Shown here one piece after another: positions 38,733 to 52,200 of a stretch of DNA of 64,000 nucleotides. The notes under the pieces were generated by a model. It did not search any database, was not told the DNA's origin, and worked only from the letters and a program-made list of their open reading frames with translations. Within the stretch, counting starts at the first letter, position 1; each line of letters opens with the position of its first letter. A program made the position numbers and the translations under genes. The stretch is from positions 64,001-128,000 of the forward strand of contig OZ242311.1 of NCBI GenBank assembly GCA_965207885.1, read 5' to 3'. The stretch comes from Candidatus Latescibacterota bacterium (GTDB lineage: Bacteria > Latescibacterota > UBA2968).

Positions 38733-39760
38733 TCGTGGTTTTCTCCTTTCTCAGTTTCTGAATCGGTCTTTTGAGAATCCGCCTTCAACAAAATATCCCT
38801 CTTCTCATCGCCTTGTAGCGACGTGGCTATAAACTCTGCGATTACGCCCTCTTTATCCTGTTCCAAAATATCCGGTAGCTTTTCTTCAAGCCACTTCGCA
38901 CGCTCCTCACTGGCATCTTCTGACATCAGTTCATCGCGAATCTCTGAGAGCCGAGCAAAACCAATTTCAAGAGCTTTCTTCGCATCAGGAGAACCGTTAG
39001 CAATGTGGTCAAGTTCTTCACTACAGATGTCGTAATGAGGGAACTTGAAATTTGATGCAATACTGAGAACACCGTCATCTACGTCAACCACGCCGGGGAT
39101 GTCGAGTTCATTTGCCAACTTTCGCAAATAATAGGTAAATGGATTGTTTTTAGAGGAATCAAAGGGCGCACCCATAAAATCATCATCCAGATGTTCGCCG
39201 AACAGATCAGCCTTATCGATGGACTCTTCTTCTCCGCCGACACCTTCGTCCATGCCGTGCTGAAGATATGCGCTGCCCCCACTCCAGAATCCATCAATTT
39301 GTATCAAATGATCGTACGCTTCCTTCACCTCTTTCAATTTTTTGCATCGCCAGGCGAGACTGCCCTCGGCCAGAAGCGTGAAGAAGAGCGGTGCCATGTT
39401 AATAATATCGGTGGCATTGACACCATATCGGCGTTTGATGAGGTCGTAGGCAAGTCGCGTCTTCGGTGCGACCTGCGCGCCAATCTGAACGCGATCGGGG
39501 TTGTAGGCGGGCGTATCATCGGACTCGGGAGGTGGCAACTCGCCGGTGAGTACACCCGGTTCGACGCTGAGTGCCTTGGCTAAGCTTTCTATGGTGTGCT
39601 CGCGGACAGTCTTGTTCTGCTGTGAAGTAGATTCTAAGCGTTGGATTGTCTTCTCGGTGATTCCAGGCGGATTCACACGCTTGGTCTTTTCCGCCAGTTT
39701 AACAAGAGAAAGATTCTGCTTTTTGCGCAGGGAGCGAAGGAGATCAGGATCAATTTTCAT
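38729..39760 (-). CDS. XRE-family HTH protein with a long acidic C-terminal domain
   Basis: LRSLRKKQNLSLVKLAEKT...TIQRLE...LAKALSVEP. GAAGGAG RBS. Confidence 0.8.
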   Translation of the reverse strand: MKIDPDLLRSLRKKQNLSLVKLAEKTKRVNPPGITEKTIQRLESTSQQNKTVREHTIESLAKALSVEPGVLTGELPPPESDDTPAYNPDRVQIGAQVAPKTRLAYDLIKRRYGVNATDIINMAPLFFTLLAEGSLAWRCKKLKEVKEAYDHLIQIDGFWSGGSAYLQHGMDEGVGGEEESIDKADLFGEHLDDDFMGAPFDSSKNNPFTYYLRKLANELDIPGVVDVDDGVLSIASNFKFPHYDICSEELDHIANGSPDAKKALEIGFARLSEIRDELMSEDASEERAKWLEEKLPDILEQDKEGVIAEFIATSLQGDEKRDILLKADSQKTDSETEKGENHE

Positions 39761-39876
39761 GGCGAAGCTCCTTGAAGGAAGTTTTCACGGCGAGACCGCT
39801 TAAATTGGAAACGCTATAAATATAATATAATTGAAATAGCCTTACAATAGATATATTTCCAAAATAATCATTTAAA

Positions 39877-39909
39877 AAATAGGACATTAAGAATATAAAT
39901 GTCCTATTT
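39877..39909. promoter_or_regulatory. Perfect 12-bp inverted repeat, candidate operator for the XRE protein
   Basis: AAATAGGACATT-N9-AATGTCCTATTT in AT-rich DNA upstream of the XRE gene. Confidence 0.55.
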
Positions 39910-40028
39910 ATGCCCTTGAAGCACTTACCGAGGCTCCGTCACAGCGCACAAAGGGGGACAAACGCGGACATTTTGATGTATTGCATCCCTCGGCCCGTTC
40001 CCCGAGGATGTGGCGTGGGTTTGACCAA

Positions 40029-40119
40029 CGTCGCCAGTTGGTAAAAAAATACCGCCCTCCCGATATTGGGAGCGCGGCATAGAATGAATTGGTGCGATGG
40101 ACCAACGCCTGTATTCTTC
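40029..40119. repeat. 91-bp imperfect direct repeat containing a minus-strand terminator (copy of 41258-41348)
   Basis: cgtcgccagttg...aaaaataccgccctcccgata...gcggcatag...cgcctgtattcttc is present in both copies. Confidence 0.88.
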
Positions 40120-40174
40120 ACATTTCAAAACATCTCTCTTTATTTTTTCTCATACGCATCGTGTTGTCTTGGGA

Positions 40175-40345
40175 TCATTCGCCGTCATAATGCAATTTCT
40201 TTTTTAATTCGTTACGCAATGCATGAGACTTGCTTTGGTAGAATGCCAATTGCTCTTTTACCGTTCTATCCTTGAGTTGCTCATAGTGCGCGTCTCGAAT
40301 CCGGCGCACAATTTTAACCGCATCAAACGTCTTTTTTGTATCCAT
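40175..40345 (-). CDS. Small 56-aa protein, putative orphan antitoxin
   Basis: GAGGTG RBS, MDTKKTFDAVKIVRRIRDAHYEQLKDRTVKEQLAFY...; below the ORF-track length cutoff. Confidence 0.6.
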   Translation of the reverse strand: MDTKKTFDAVKIVRRIRDAHYEQLKDRTVKEQLAFYQSKSHALRNELKKKLHYDGE

Positions 40346-40373
40346 AATTGGTCACCTCACATTGCAACGTGCC

Positions 40374-40393
40374 CCTGTCTGCCGACAGGCAGG
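40374..40393. repeat. Short palindromic REP-like element
   Basis: cctgtctgccgacaggcagg. Confidence 0.5.
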
Positions 40394-40540
40394 CGCAGAT
40401 TGGTTATCAAAGATACTATAAACCAACGACAATCCAAATGAACGAGACAGCAGAAAAAAGATATGCTATTGGTTCAAATGATACAAACTCCGGCTATCAG
40501 GTCAAAAAGACAAGTTCTATATATATCTTCACATTTCGCT

Positions 40541-40569
40541 TTGACAAAAACTAACATATTTGATATGTA
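40541..40569 (+). promoter_or_regulatory. Toxin-antitoxin promoter with overlapping operator palindrome
   Basis: TTGACA-N17-TATGTA; ACATAT-ttg-ATATGT at 40554-40568; ATG 7 nt after the -10 box (leaderless). Confidence 0.55.
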
Positions 40570-40575
40570 TATAAG

Positions 40576-40899
40576 ATGAAATTCGAAATCACATACTACA
40601 GCGACATACTACAGCGAGATATTTTGCGCTTTCCACCCGGCATCCGAGCGCGTTATTTTCTTTTAACCGACAGAATGGAAAAATTTGGTCCCAATCTTGG
40701 AATGCCGCACACGCGAGCAATGGGTAACGGTTTATTCGAGCTCAGATTGAGAGCCAAGGAAGGTATCGCCCGTGTGTTTTTCTGCACCATAGTCAACCGA
40801 AAAATTGTGATGTTGCACAGCTTCGTCAAGAAATCTCAGAGAACGCCTAAAAGAGACCTCGATATTGCCATCCAAAGAATGAGGGAAATCAAACAATGA
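40576..40899 (+). CDS. higB: RelE/ParE-family (Gp49-like, HigB) toxin
   Basis: GPNLGMPHTRAMGNGLFELR...RVFF...MLHSFVKKSQRTP. Confidence 0.9.
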   Translation: MKFEITYYSDILQRDILRFPPGIRARYFLLTDRMEKFGPNLGMPHTRAMGNGLFELRLRAKEGIARVFFCTIVNRKIVMLHSFVKKSQRTPKRDLDIAIQRMREIKQ

Positions 40900-41189
40900 T
40901 GACACACGCAGAATTAAAAATGAAGGCTCTCGCAGACCCCGAAACCAGGGCAGAGTATGAAGCTCAAAAACCCGAGTTTGAATTGCTTGACAAGCTATTA
41001 GAAGCTCGAAAACGCGCTGGTCTGACTCAGGAGCAGGTCGCCGAGAAGATGGGCACCAAAGCAACGGCAATCACCCGCTTAGAGTCTGCGAATAGCAATC
41101 ACTCGCCATCTATTCACACGCTGCAAAAATTCGCTGAAGCTGTCGGCTGCCGGCTCAAAATTGAACTGATACCCCACAGTACGCGATAG
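40896..41189 (+). CDS. higA: XRE HTH antitoxin (HigA-like)
   Basis: ARKRAGLTQEQVAEKMGT...ITRLES...PSIHTL; ATGA overlap with the toxin. Confidence 0.88.
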   Translation: MMTHAELKMKALADPETRAEYEAQKPEFELLDKLLEARKRAGLTQEQVAEKMGTKATAITRLESANSNHSPSIHTLQKFAEAVGCRLKIELIPHSTR

Positions 41190-41257
41190 ACGTTTGTATC
41201 TCTCGCTTGCGGATCTCGATCTCTCGGGCGGCATCACGCTTACACACAAAATAGGTC
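41190..41257 (-). pseudogene. Internal fragment of a DUF4258 paralog
   Basis: 60/68 nt identical to 38555-38622; TYFVCKRDAAREIEIRKREIQT versus TYFMRNRDAAREIETRKREIQT. Confidence 0.85.
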
Positions 41258-41348
41258 CGTCGCCAGTTGCTCACAAAAATACCGCCCTCCCGATATAGGA
41301 GAGCGGCATAGGATGGATTGGTGCTATGAACCGACGCCTGTATTCTTC
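41258..41348. repeat. 91-bp repeat: 3' UTR and terminator of the bio/cupin operon
   Basis: Abuts the cupin stop codon; hairpin plus T-tract on the minus strand at 41275-41309. Confidence 0.88.
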
Positions 41349-41650
41349 TATCCCTTCAGTTCCACAATAATATTCCGCCAGGGTCCATCCCCCACATTGA
41401 TAGCCTCGTGTACATCTTCGCCATCGACATCTCGCCATTGCACCTGCCCATCCACCATATCGCGGGCCTCGCGTTTGACGCCATCTGACGAGACACCCTG
41501 GAGCTTTCCCCCGCCGATAACCACGTACAAATAGTCATTCTCGTGCCGATGCATGCCCGTACTCTCGCCCGGGGCAAGCGCGAGATCCCAAACGCGCACG
41601 CGATCATTTTCAAAAAGTAATTTGGTCCCAATATCTTCAGATATATTCAT
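41348..41650 (-). CDS. Cupin domain protein
   Basis: LLFENDRVRVWDL.LAPGE..GMHRH...VHEAINVG...IIVELK. Confidence 0.85.
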   Translation of the reverse strand: MNISEDIGTKLLFENDRVRVWDLALAPGESTGMHRHENDYLYVVIGGGKLQGVSSDGVKREARDMVDGQVQWRDVDGEDVHEAINVGDGPWRNIIVELKG

Positions 41651-41674
41651 CTTTGATCTCCTGTAAGAAAAATG

Positions 41675-44806
<3,132 letters not shown>

Positions 44807-44817
44807 TTTTTTATTTG

Positions 44818-44849
44818 CCCTTCGCTTCAGGGCATGGCTCAGGACAGGC
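44818..44849. repeat. REP-like element (cccttcg...gctcaggacaggc type)
   Basis: Resembles widespread dispersed ccttcg..gctcagg repeats; only one copy in this window. Confidence 0.4.
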
Positions 44850-44862
44850 ACACCGGTCCGCT

Positions 44863-44902
44863 TTGCTCCCCTTCCTTGTAGGAAGGGGCCGGGGGTAGGT
44901 CT
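44863..44902. repeat. Dispersed REP-like palindromic element (copy 2)
   Basis: ttgctccccttccttgtaggaaggggccgggggtaggtct is a reverse-complement relative of 2080-2125. Confidence 0.7.
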
Positions 44903-45888
44903 CATCGTCCATCGCTCATCGCCGCGCCAACCTCCCGCGCAACCCGGGGGCGACGCAACTTCCAGATCATGCCATCGTAGATAAAATGCATAAACGACGT
45001 GCCATACGTAAAAACGAGAAAAAACGGAAGAGAAAGAAACTTGAGACCGTATAACAAGCCGCTGACCACAACAATAAAACCCGCAGTATAGGGCACAATA
45101 CGCTTTCCCGCCCGCGTCAGCACAGGCGACGCAAACGCATCGAGTTTTGCCTTATTGTGAACCGTAAGCGCGACAAGGGCAATATATTCCGCGGCATGGC
45201 TAAAACTGGTCGCAATAAAAAGCGCGTCTGACGACAAAATGGGCACAACGCCATACATGAACGCGACCGAAACAAAAAAAAGCAATTTCGGCCAGTTGAT
45301 CTGCGCGCCCCGAAACTCGTAAATAAGCCACGCAATAGTCACAGCAATAGCAGCGACATATATCCCCTGCGCCCCCACAGAGGGAAGCGGCGTACCGATA
45401 AGCGTATGCAAATAATGCATAACGCGACCTTCGACATCGGCCTGAAACGCAAACAGATACCCAAACCCCGCAATGCCCCAGAGATACGAAGTATAGGCAT
45501 CGAGCTGTTTGTGCCCCCATTGCCCCTTGCCGGAATAAATCCGCAAAATGCCGTACTTTTGACGCACAAAATGGAAATAATTAAAAAGATACCAGAACGC
45601 GAACATCTCGGGCTCTTCAACCCGAAAATAATAACACAGAGCGACAAACCCCAGACACAGCACCGGAGTTATGAGATAAATCAACCGCCGACGTTCAAAT
45701 TCAATGCGGTCGAGATAAACGAGGGGAAAGGTGAAATACCGGTGGGCAACAAATGACGTAACCGCAATGAGACGGAATGTCTCACTGAGGTCAGGGGACA
45801 GATAAGGCACGGCAAAAAAGACCAGCCACCCGAGCGAAATACAGCACAAATCGACAGACGGGGAAATAATCCAGTGAGATTTGTTCAT
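44902..45888 (-). CDS. Polytopic membrane protein of unknown function
   Basis: About 8 hydrophobic helices with His motifs AHRYFT, FHFVRQ.YG, SHAAEY and HFIYDG.IWKLR. Confidence 0.75.
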   Translation of the reverse strand: MNKSHWIISPSVDLCCISLGWLVFFAVPYLSPDLSETFRLIAVTSFVAHRYFTFPLVYLDRIEFERRRLIYLITPVLCLGFVALCYYFRVEEPEMFAFWYLFNYFHFVRQKYGILRIYSGKGQWGHKQLDAYTSYLWGIAGFGYLFAFQADVEGRVMHYLHTLIGTPLPSVGAQGIYVAAIAVTIAWLIYEFRGAQINWPKLLFFVSVAFMYGVVPILSSDALFIATSFSHAAEYIALVALTVHNKAKLDAFASPVLTRAGKRIVPYTAGFIVVVSGLLYGLKFLSLPFFLVFTYGTSFMHFIYDGMIWKLRRPRVAREVGAAMSDGR

Positions 45889-45947
45889 GGCACATTTATT
45901 ATAGGAGCGCAGAAGAAATTTTTTTGGATAACAGAGTGTGTCAAAAG

Positions 45948-45970
45948 CAAGTATAGATTGCCTATACTTG
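45948..45970. promoter_or_regulatory. 9-bp inverted repeat in the divergent intergenic region
   Basis: CAAGTATAG-N5-CTATACTTG. Confidence 0.4.
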
Positions 45971-46031
45971 TTGTTTTGGTGGGTACCTTATCAGCATGTA
46001 ATCCCGTGTGAAATTTATAAATAAAAGAAAC

Positions 46032-46060
46032 TTGCATGCGTCAGTAGGTATCTCTATATT
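46032..46060 (+). promoter_or_regulatory. Candidate sigma70 promoter of the giant gene
   Basis: TTGCAT-N17-TATATT. Confidence 0.5.
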
Positions 46061-46267
46061 CCTTTACAGACACTCAAGCAGTAAAAACCGATCCTACACG
46101 GGTGTTTCGATACCCGTTTATCAGCATGGTTCCCAGACGCAGCGGTATGGAAATGGTCGCCCTGCTCAATGTGGTATTATACCACTTTCGGGATCTATTT
46201 GGAAGTCAATAATTTTGACTGTTCTGTGTCCAATGAAAATTACTTTAAATAAGCCTATTAAAAACAA

Positions 46268-49200
46268 ATGTTTACCCCCCCCCCCATAATCCGCTCGAAC
46301 TGGGAAAAACACCGCCCACCCAAACCGGATAAGCAGACGTGCTTTGCTCAGGGTGAATGCCCAAAGAGCGTCGTTGGCACGACCCGAACAGCTTCACGAG
46401 AAGCCAACGGGTGCAAAATTATCCTTTCTTTTTTCGTATTTCTGATTTTCATAGCCTTCGGCTCAATACCCGCAAAAGCGCAATCCTTCTCTATCGCAGA
46501 TGTAAATGTCGCCGAAGGCAGTGTAGCCACATTCACCGTAACACGAAGTGGTGCAACAGGCACGACGGTCTCTGTCAAATGGAACACAGCCAATGATGCA
46601 GACGGTGATGATCCAGCAGAAGCCAATGACTATACGGCACAAACAACGAAGCAGACGTTGAACTTTGCGATAGGCGATGCCAGTAAGACCTTCACGGTTG
46701 CCACGACTGATGATGCTGTGGATGAGAATAATGAAACCTTCCTTGTGCTACTGAGTGAGGCCAGCGGTGCGACCATCTCCGATGCAGAGGCAGTAGGCAC
46801 CATTACCGATGACGATCATGCCGGTATGATGGTGAATGACTCCGCTACCTTTGTCGGTGAGAGCCTCTCCCGCCCTCATACAGTGTGGCTAACGTCCGAG
46901 CCGACCGACGATGTCACCGTTACCGTGACGGTGGACGACGAGAATTTTCTCACCGCGTCTCCGGAGATGCTCACCTTCACGACGCAAAACTGGAATACAG
47001 CCCAGACGGTCACCATTACGCCCGTAGACGACGACGTTTTCCGTGGCTTTCCGTGGAAAAGTTTTACGTACACGGCGGCGGGCGGCGGATACGACGACTT
47101 CACACATACAGTTAGAGTGCAAATTTGGGATAACGACCTATGGGAGTGGAGAACCTATCCCGAAGCTTCCATACAAAATGAAAGCTTCCGTCTGGGCCCG
47201 GCTAGTTTTGAGACCTCATTAATTTACACCCTGGAATCCCGCAATGAGAACTTGGCAACGGTCTCACCGTCATCATTCACCGTCACTCATAATGAAAATC
47301 CCCCACCCGATTTTTCTGGAGACTACCCCCAAGAATTCACGGTGACCATACTCGACAATGACCTCGTGGGAGACCAGACCGTAGAGCTCTTGGGAACGTT
47401 TATCCGCCCCTCCCCAACCCACCCCCCAAACTACAGGGTCTTTCCCCCGCTTTTAATAACAATCACGGACAATGACCGTGGGGTTAGCCTTTCCGCCAAT
47501 CCGAACCCGGTTCCCGAAGGGTCGAGCGTCACGGTGACGGCGACACTCACCAGGGCCCTGGCAGATACGGTGGGGACGATCCCGGTGACGATCCCGGTGA
47601 CGCTCACGGCGGGCACGGCGGAGTCTGGCGATTTCGGTTCGCTCGCTAATATTAATATTACGATTGCGCGCGCACAGGCATCGGGCACCGGAACCATCTC
47701 CATTACTAATGATGCTATAGATGAAATCAATGAGACGTTCTCGGTGGGACTGGGGACACTTCCATCGCAGTTTCAGCCGGGAAGCCCCAACTCGGTTGAA
47801 GTGACCATTACGGATGACGATACGAAAGGCGTGACAGTAGCGCCTACAAGTCTGACCGTGACGGAAGCGGCAGGCACCACACACACGGCAACTTATACAG
47901 TGGTGCTGACTTCACAGCCTACTGGCAATGTAACAGTAGAAGTAGAAAGTGATGACACAGACGCAGCGACGGTGGATGAATCAACATTGACCTTTTCGAC
48001 CAGTGATTGGAGCACGGCGCAGACAGTGACCGTGACGGGAGTGGATAATAATGTAGATGACGGCACAAGCCGCAGTGCAACGGTTGAACACACCGTCAGT
48101 GGAGCGGACTATGCAGGTGAAGATGCTTCAGATGTAGATGTGACTGTAACCGATGATGATGCGGCACCTTCCTTCTCTATCGCAGATGTAAGTGTCACCG
48201 AAGGCAGTGCAGCCACGTTCACCGTGACCCGTTCAGGTGCGACAGGCACGACGGTCTCTGTCAAATGGAACACCGCCAATGATGCAGACGGTGATGATCC
48301 GGCAGAAGCCAATGACTATACGGCAGTCTCTACGAAACAGACACTGAGCTTTGGTGTGGGTGTAACGAGTCTGACGTTTAATGTTCAGACAACAAATGAT
48401 TCTGTAGATGAAGGTGATGAGACCTTCCTTGTCCAACTGAGTGAGGCCAGCGCAGGCACATCAATCACCGACGATGAGGCCGTAGGGACAATCACGGATA
48501 ATGATACGAAAGGTGTGACGGTAGATCCTACAAGTCTGACCGTGACGGAAGCGGCAGGCAGCACACGCACAGCAACCTATACGGTGGTGCTAACTTCACA
48601 ACCTACGGGCAACGTAACAGTAGAAGTAGCAAGTGATGACACAGACGCAGCGACAGTGGATAAGTCCCGTTTGACCTTTTCGACAAGCACCTGGAGCACG
48701 GCGCAGACGGTTACAGTGACGGGAGTGGATAATCAGCTTGATGATGGCACAAGTCGTAGTGCAACGGTTGAACACACGGTCAGTGGTGCGGACTATGCAG
48801 GTGTAGATGCTTCAGATGTAGATGTGACTGTAACCGATGATGATGCGGCACCTTCCTTCTCTATCGCAGATGTAAGTGTCACCGAAGGCAGTGCAGCCAC
48901 GTTCACCGTGATACGAAGTGGTGCGACAGGCACGACGGTCTCTGTCAAATGGAACACTGCCAATGATGCAAGTGGCACAGACCCGGCAGAAGCCAATGAC
49001 TATACGGCGGTCTCTACGAAACAGACACTGAACTTTGCGATAGGCGATGCCAGTAAGACGTTTAATGTTCAGACAACGAATGATTCTGTGGACGAGGATG
49101 ATGAGACGTTCCTTGTCCAACTAAGTGAGGCCACTGGTGCGACCATCTCCACAGCGACAGCGACTGGCACTATCACGGATAATGACACAAAAGGTGTGAC

Positions 49201-52200
49201 AGTAGCTCCGACGAGTCTGACCGTGACAGAAGCGGCAGGCAGTACACGCACGGCGACTTATACGGTGGTGCTGACTTCACAGCCTACTGGCAATGTAACA
49301 GTAGAAGTAGAAAGTGATGACACAGACGCAGCGACGGTGGATGAATCAACATTGACCTTTTCGACCAGTGATTGGAGCACGGCGCAGACAGTGACCGTGA
49401 CGGGAGTGGATAATAATGTAGATGACGGCACAAGCCGCAGTGCAACGGTTGAACACACGGTCAGTGGAGCGGACTATGCAGGTGAAGATGCTCCAGATGT
49501 AGATGTGACTGTAACCGATGATGATGCGGCACCTTCCTTCTCTATCGCAGATGTAAGTGTCACCGAAGGCAGTACAGCCACGTTCACCGTGATACGAAGT
49601 GGTGCGACAGGCACGACGGTCTCTGTCAAATGGAACACCGCCAATGATGCAACCGGTGATGATCCAGCAGAGGCCAATGACTACACAGCACAAACAACGA
49701 AACAGACACTGAGCTTTGGTGTGGGTATAACGAGTCTAACGTTTAGTGTTCAGACAACGAATGATTCTGTGGATGAGGATGATGAGACCTTCCTTGTCCA
49801 ACTGAGTGAGGCCAGCGCAGGCACATCAATCACCGACGATGAGGCCGTAGGGACAATCACGGATAATGACACAAAAGGCGTGACGGTAGCTCCGACGAGT
49901 CTGACCGTGACGGAAGCGGCAGGCACCACACGCACGGCGACCTATACGGTGGTGCTAACTTCACAACCTACGGGCAACGTAACAGTAGAAGTCGCCAGCG
50001 ATGACACAGACGCAGCGACAGTGGATAAGTCCCGTTTGACCTTTTCGACAAGCACCTGGAGCACAGCACAGACGGTTACAGTGACAGGTGTGGATAATCA
50101 GCTTGATGATGGCACAAGTCGTAGTGCAACGGTTGAACACACCGTCAGTGGTGCGGACTATGCAGGTGAAGATGCTTCAGATGTGGATGTGACTGTGACT
50201 GATGACGATGCAGCACCTACCTTCTCTATTGCAGATGTAAGTGTCACCGAAGGCAGTGTAGCCACGTTCACCGTGACACGAAGTGGTGCGACAGGCACGA
50301 CGGTCTCTGTCAAATGGAACACCGCCAATGATGCAGACGGTGATGATCCAGCAGAATCGAATGACTACACAGCACAAACAACGAAACAGACACTGAGCTT
50401 TGGTGTGGGTATAACGAGTCTAACGTTTAGTGTTCAGACAACGAATGATTCTGTGGATGAGGATGATGAGACCTTCCTTGTCCAACTGAGTGAGGCCAGC
50501 GCAGGCACATCAATCACCGACGATGAGGCCGTAGGGACAATCACGGATAATGACACAAAAGGTGTGACAGTAGCTCCGACGAGTCTGACCGTGACGGAAG
50601 CGGCAGGCAGTACACGCACGGCAACTTATACGGTGGTGCTGACTTCGCAACCTACGGGCAATGTAACAGTAGAAGTCGCCAGTGACGATACAGACGCAGC
50701 GACGGTGGATAAGTCCCGTTTGACTTTTTCGACAAGCACCTGGAGCACAGCGCAAACAGTGACCGTGACAGGAGTAGATAATAATGTAGATGATGGAGCC
50801 AGTCGCAGTGCGACGATTGAAAATGAGGTCAGTGGTGCAGATTATGCATCTGTGGAGGCTTCAGATGTAGATGTCACCGTAACTGATGATGATGCAGCAC
50901 CTACCTTCTCTATTGCAGATGTAAGTGTCACCGAAGGTAGTGCAGCCACATTCACCGTAACACGAAGTGGTGCGACAGGTACGACGGTCTCTGTGAAGTG
51001 GAACACCGCCAATGATGCCAGTGGCACAGACCCGGCAGAAGCCAATGACTATACAGCACAGACAACGAAGCAGACGTTGAACTTTGCGATAGGTGATGCC
51101 AGTAAGACCTTCACGGTTGCCACGACGAATGATGCTGTAGATGAAGGTGATGAGACCTTCCTTGTGCAACTGAGTGAGGCCACTGGTGCGACCATCACCG
51201 ATGCAGAGGCAGTAGGGACAATCACGGATAATGACACAAAAGGCGTGACAGTAGATCCGACAAGTGTGACCGTGACGGAAGCGGCAGGCAGTACACGCAC
51301 GGCGACCTACACAGTGGTGCTGACCTCACAGCCTACTGGCAATGTAACAGTAGAAGTAGCAAGTGATGACACAGACGCAGCGACAGTGGATAAGTCCCGT
51401 TTGACCTTTTCGACAAGCACCTGGAGCACGGCGCAGACGGTTACAGTGACGGGAGTGGATAATCAGCTTGATGATGGCACAAGTCGTAGTGCAACGGTTG
51501 AACACACGGTCAGTGGTGCGGACTATGCAGGTGTAGATGCTTCAGATGTAGATGTGACTGTAACCGATGATGATGCGGCACCTTCCTTCTCTATCGCAGA
51601 TGTAAGTGTCACCGAAGGCAGTGCAGCCACGTTCACCGTGATACGAAGTGGTGCGACAGGCACGACGGTCTCTGTCAAATGGAACACTGCCAATGATGCA
51701 GACGGTGATGATCCAGCAGAAGCCAATGACTATACGGCGGTTTCTACGAAACAGACACTGAGCTTTGGTGTGGGTGTAACGAGTCTAACGTTTAGTGTTC
51801 AGACAACGAATGATGCTGTAGATGAAGGTGATGAGACGTTTCTTGTCCAACTGAGTGAGGCCACTGGTGCGACCATCTCCACAGCGACAGCGACTGGCAC
51901 CATTACCGATAATGATACGAAAGGCGTGACGGTAGCACCTACAAGTGTGACCGTGACAGAAGCGGCAGGCAGTACACGCACGGCGACCTACACAGTGGTG
52001 CTGACCTCACAGCCTACTGGCAATGTAACAGTAGAAGTAGCAAGTGATGACACAGACGCAGCAACGGTGGATGAATCCCGTTTGACTTTTTCGACAAGCA
52101 CCTGGAGCACAGCACAAACAGTGACCGTGACAGGTGTGGATAATCAGCTTGATGATGGAACCAGCCGCAGTGCAACGGTTGAACACACCGTCAGTGGTGC

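Noticed and set aside
30200-41348. Integron cassette array or prophage
   Set aside because: I could not identify attC-type RYYYAAC...GTTRRRY palindromes, an integrase or phage structural genes.
45948-45970. BirA operator for the bio genes
   Set aside because: The inverted repeat does not match the TGTAAAC-N14-16-GTTTACA BirA consensus; kept only as an unassigned dyad.
46008-46289. 93-aa ORF as an independent gene
   Set aside because: It spans the predicted promoter and leader; only its last 18 codons matter, as a possible alternative start across the poly-C tract.
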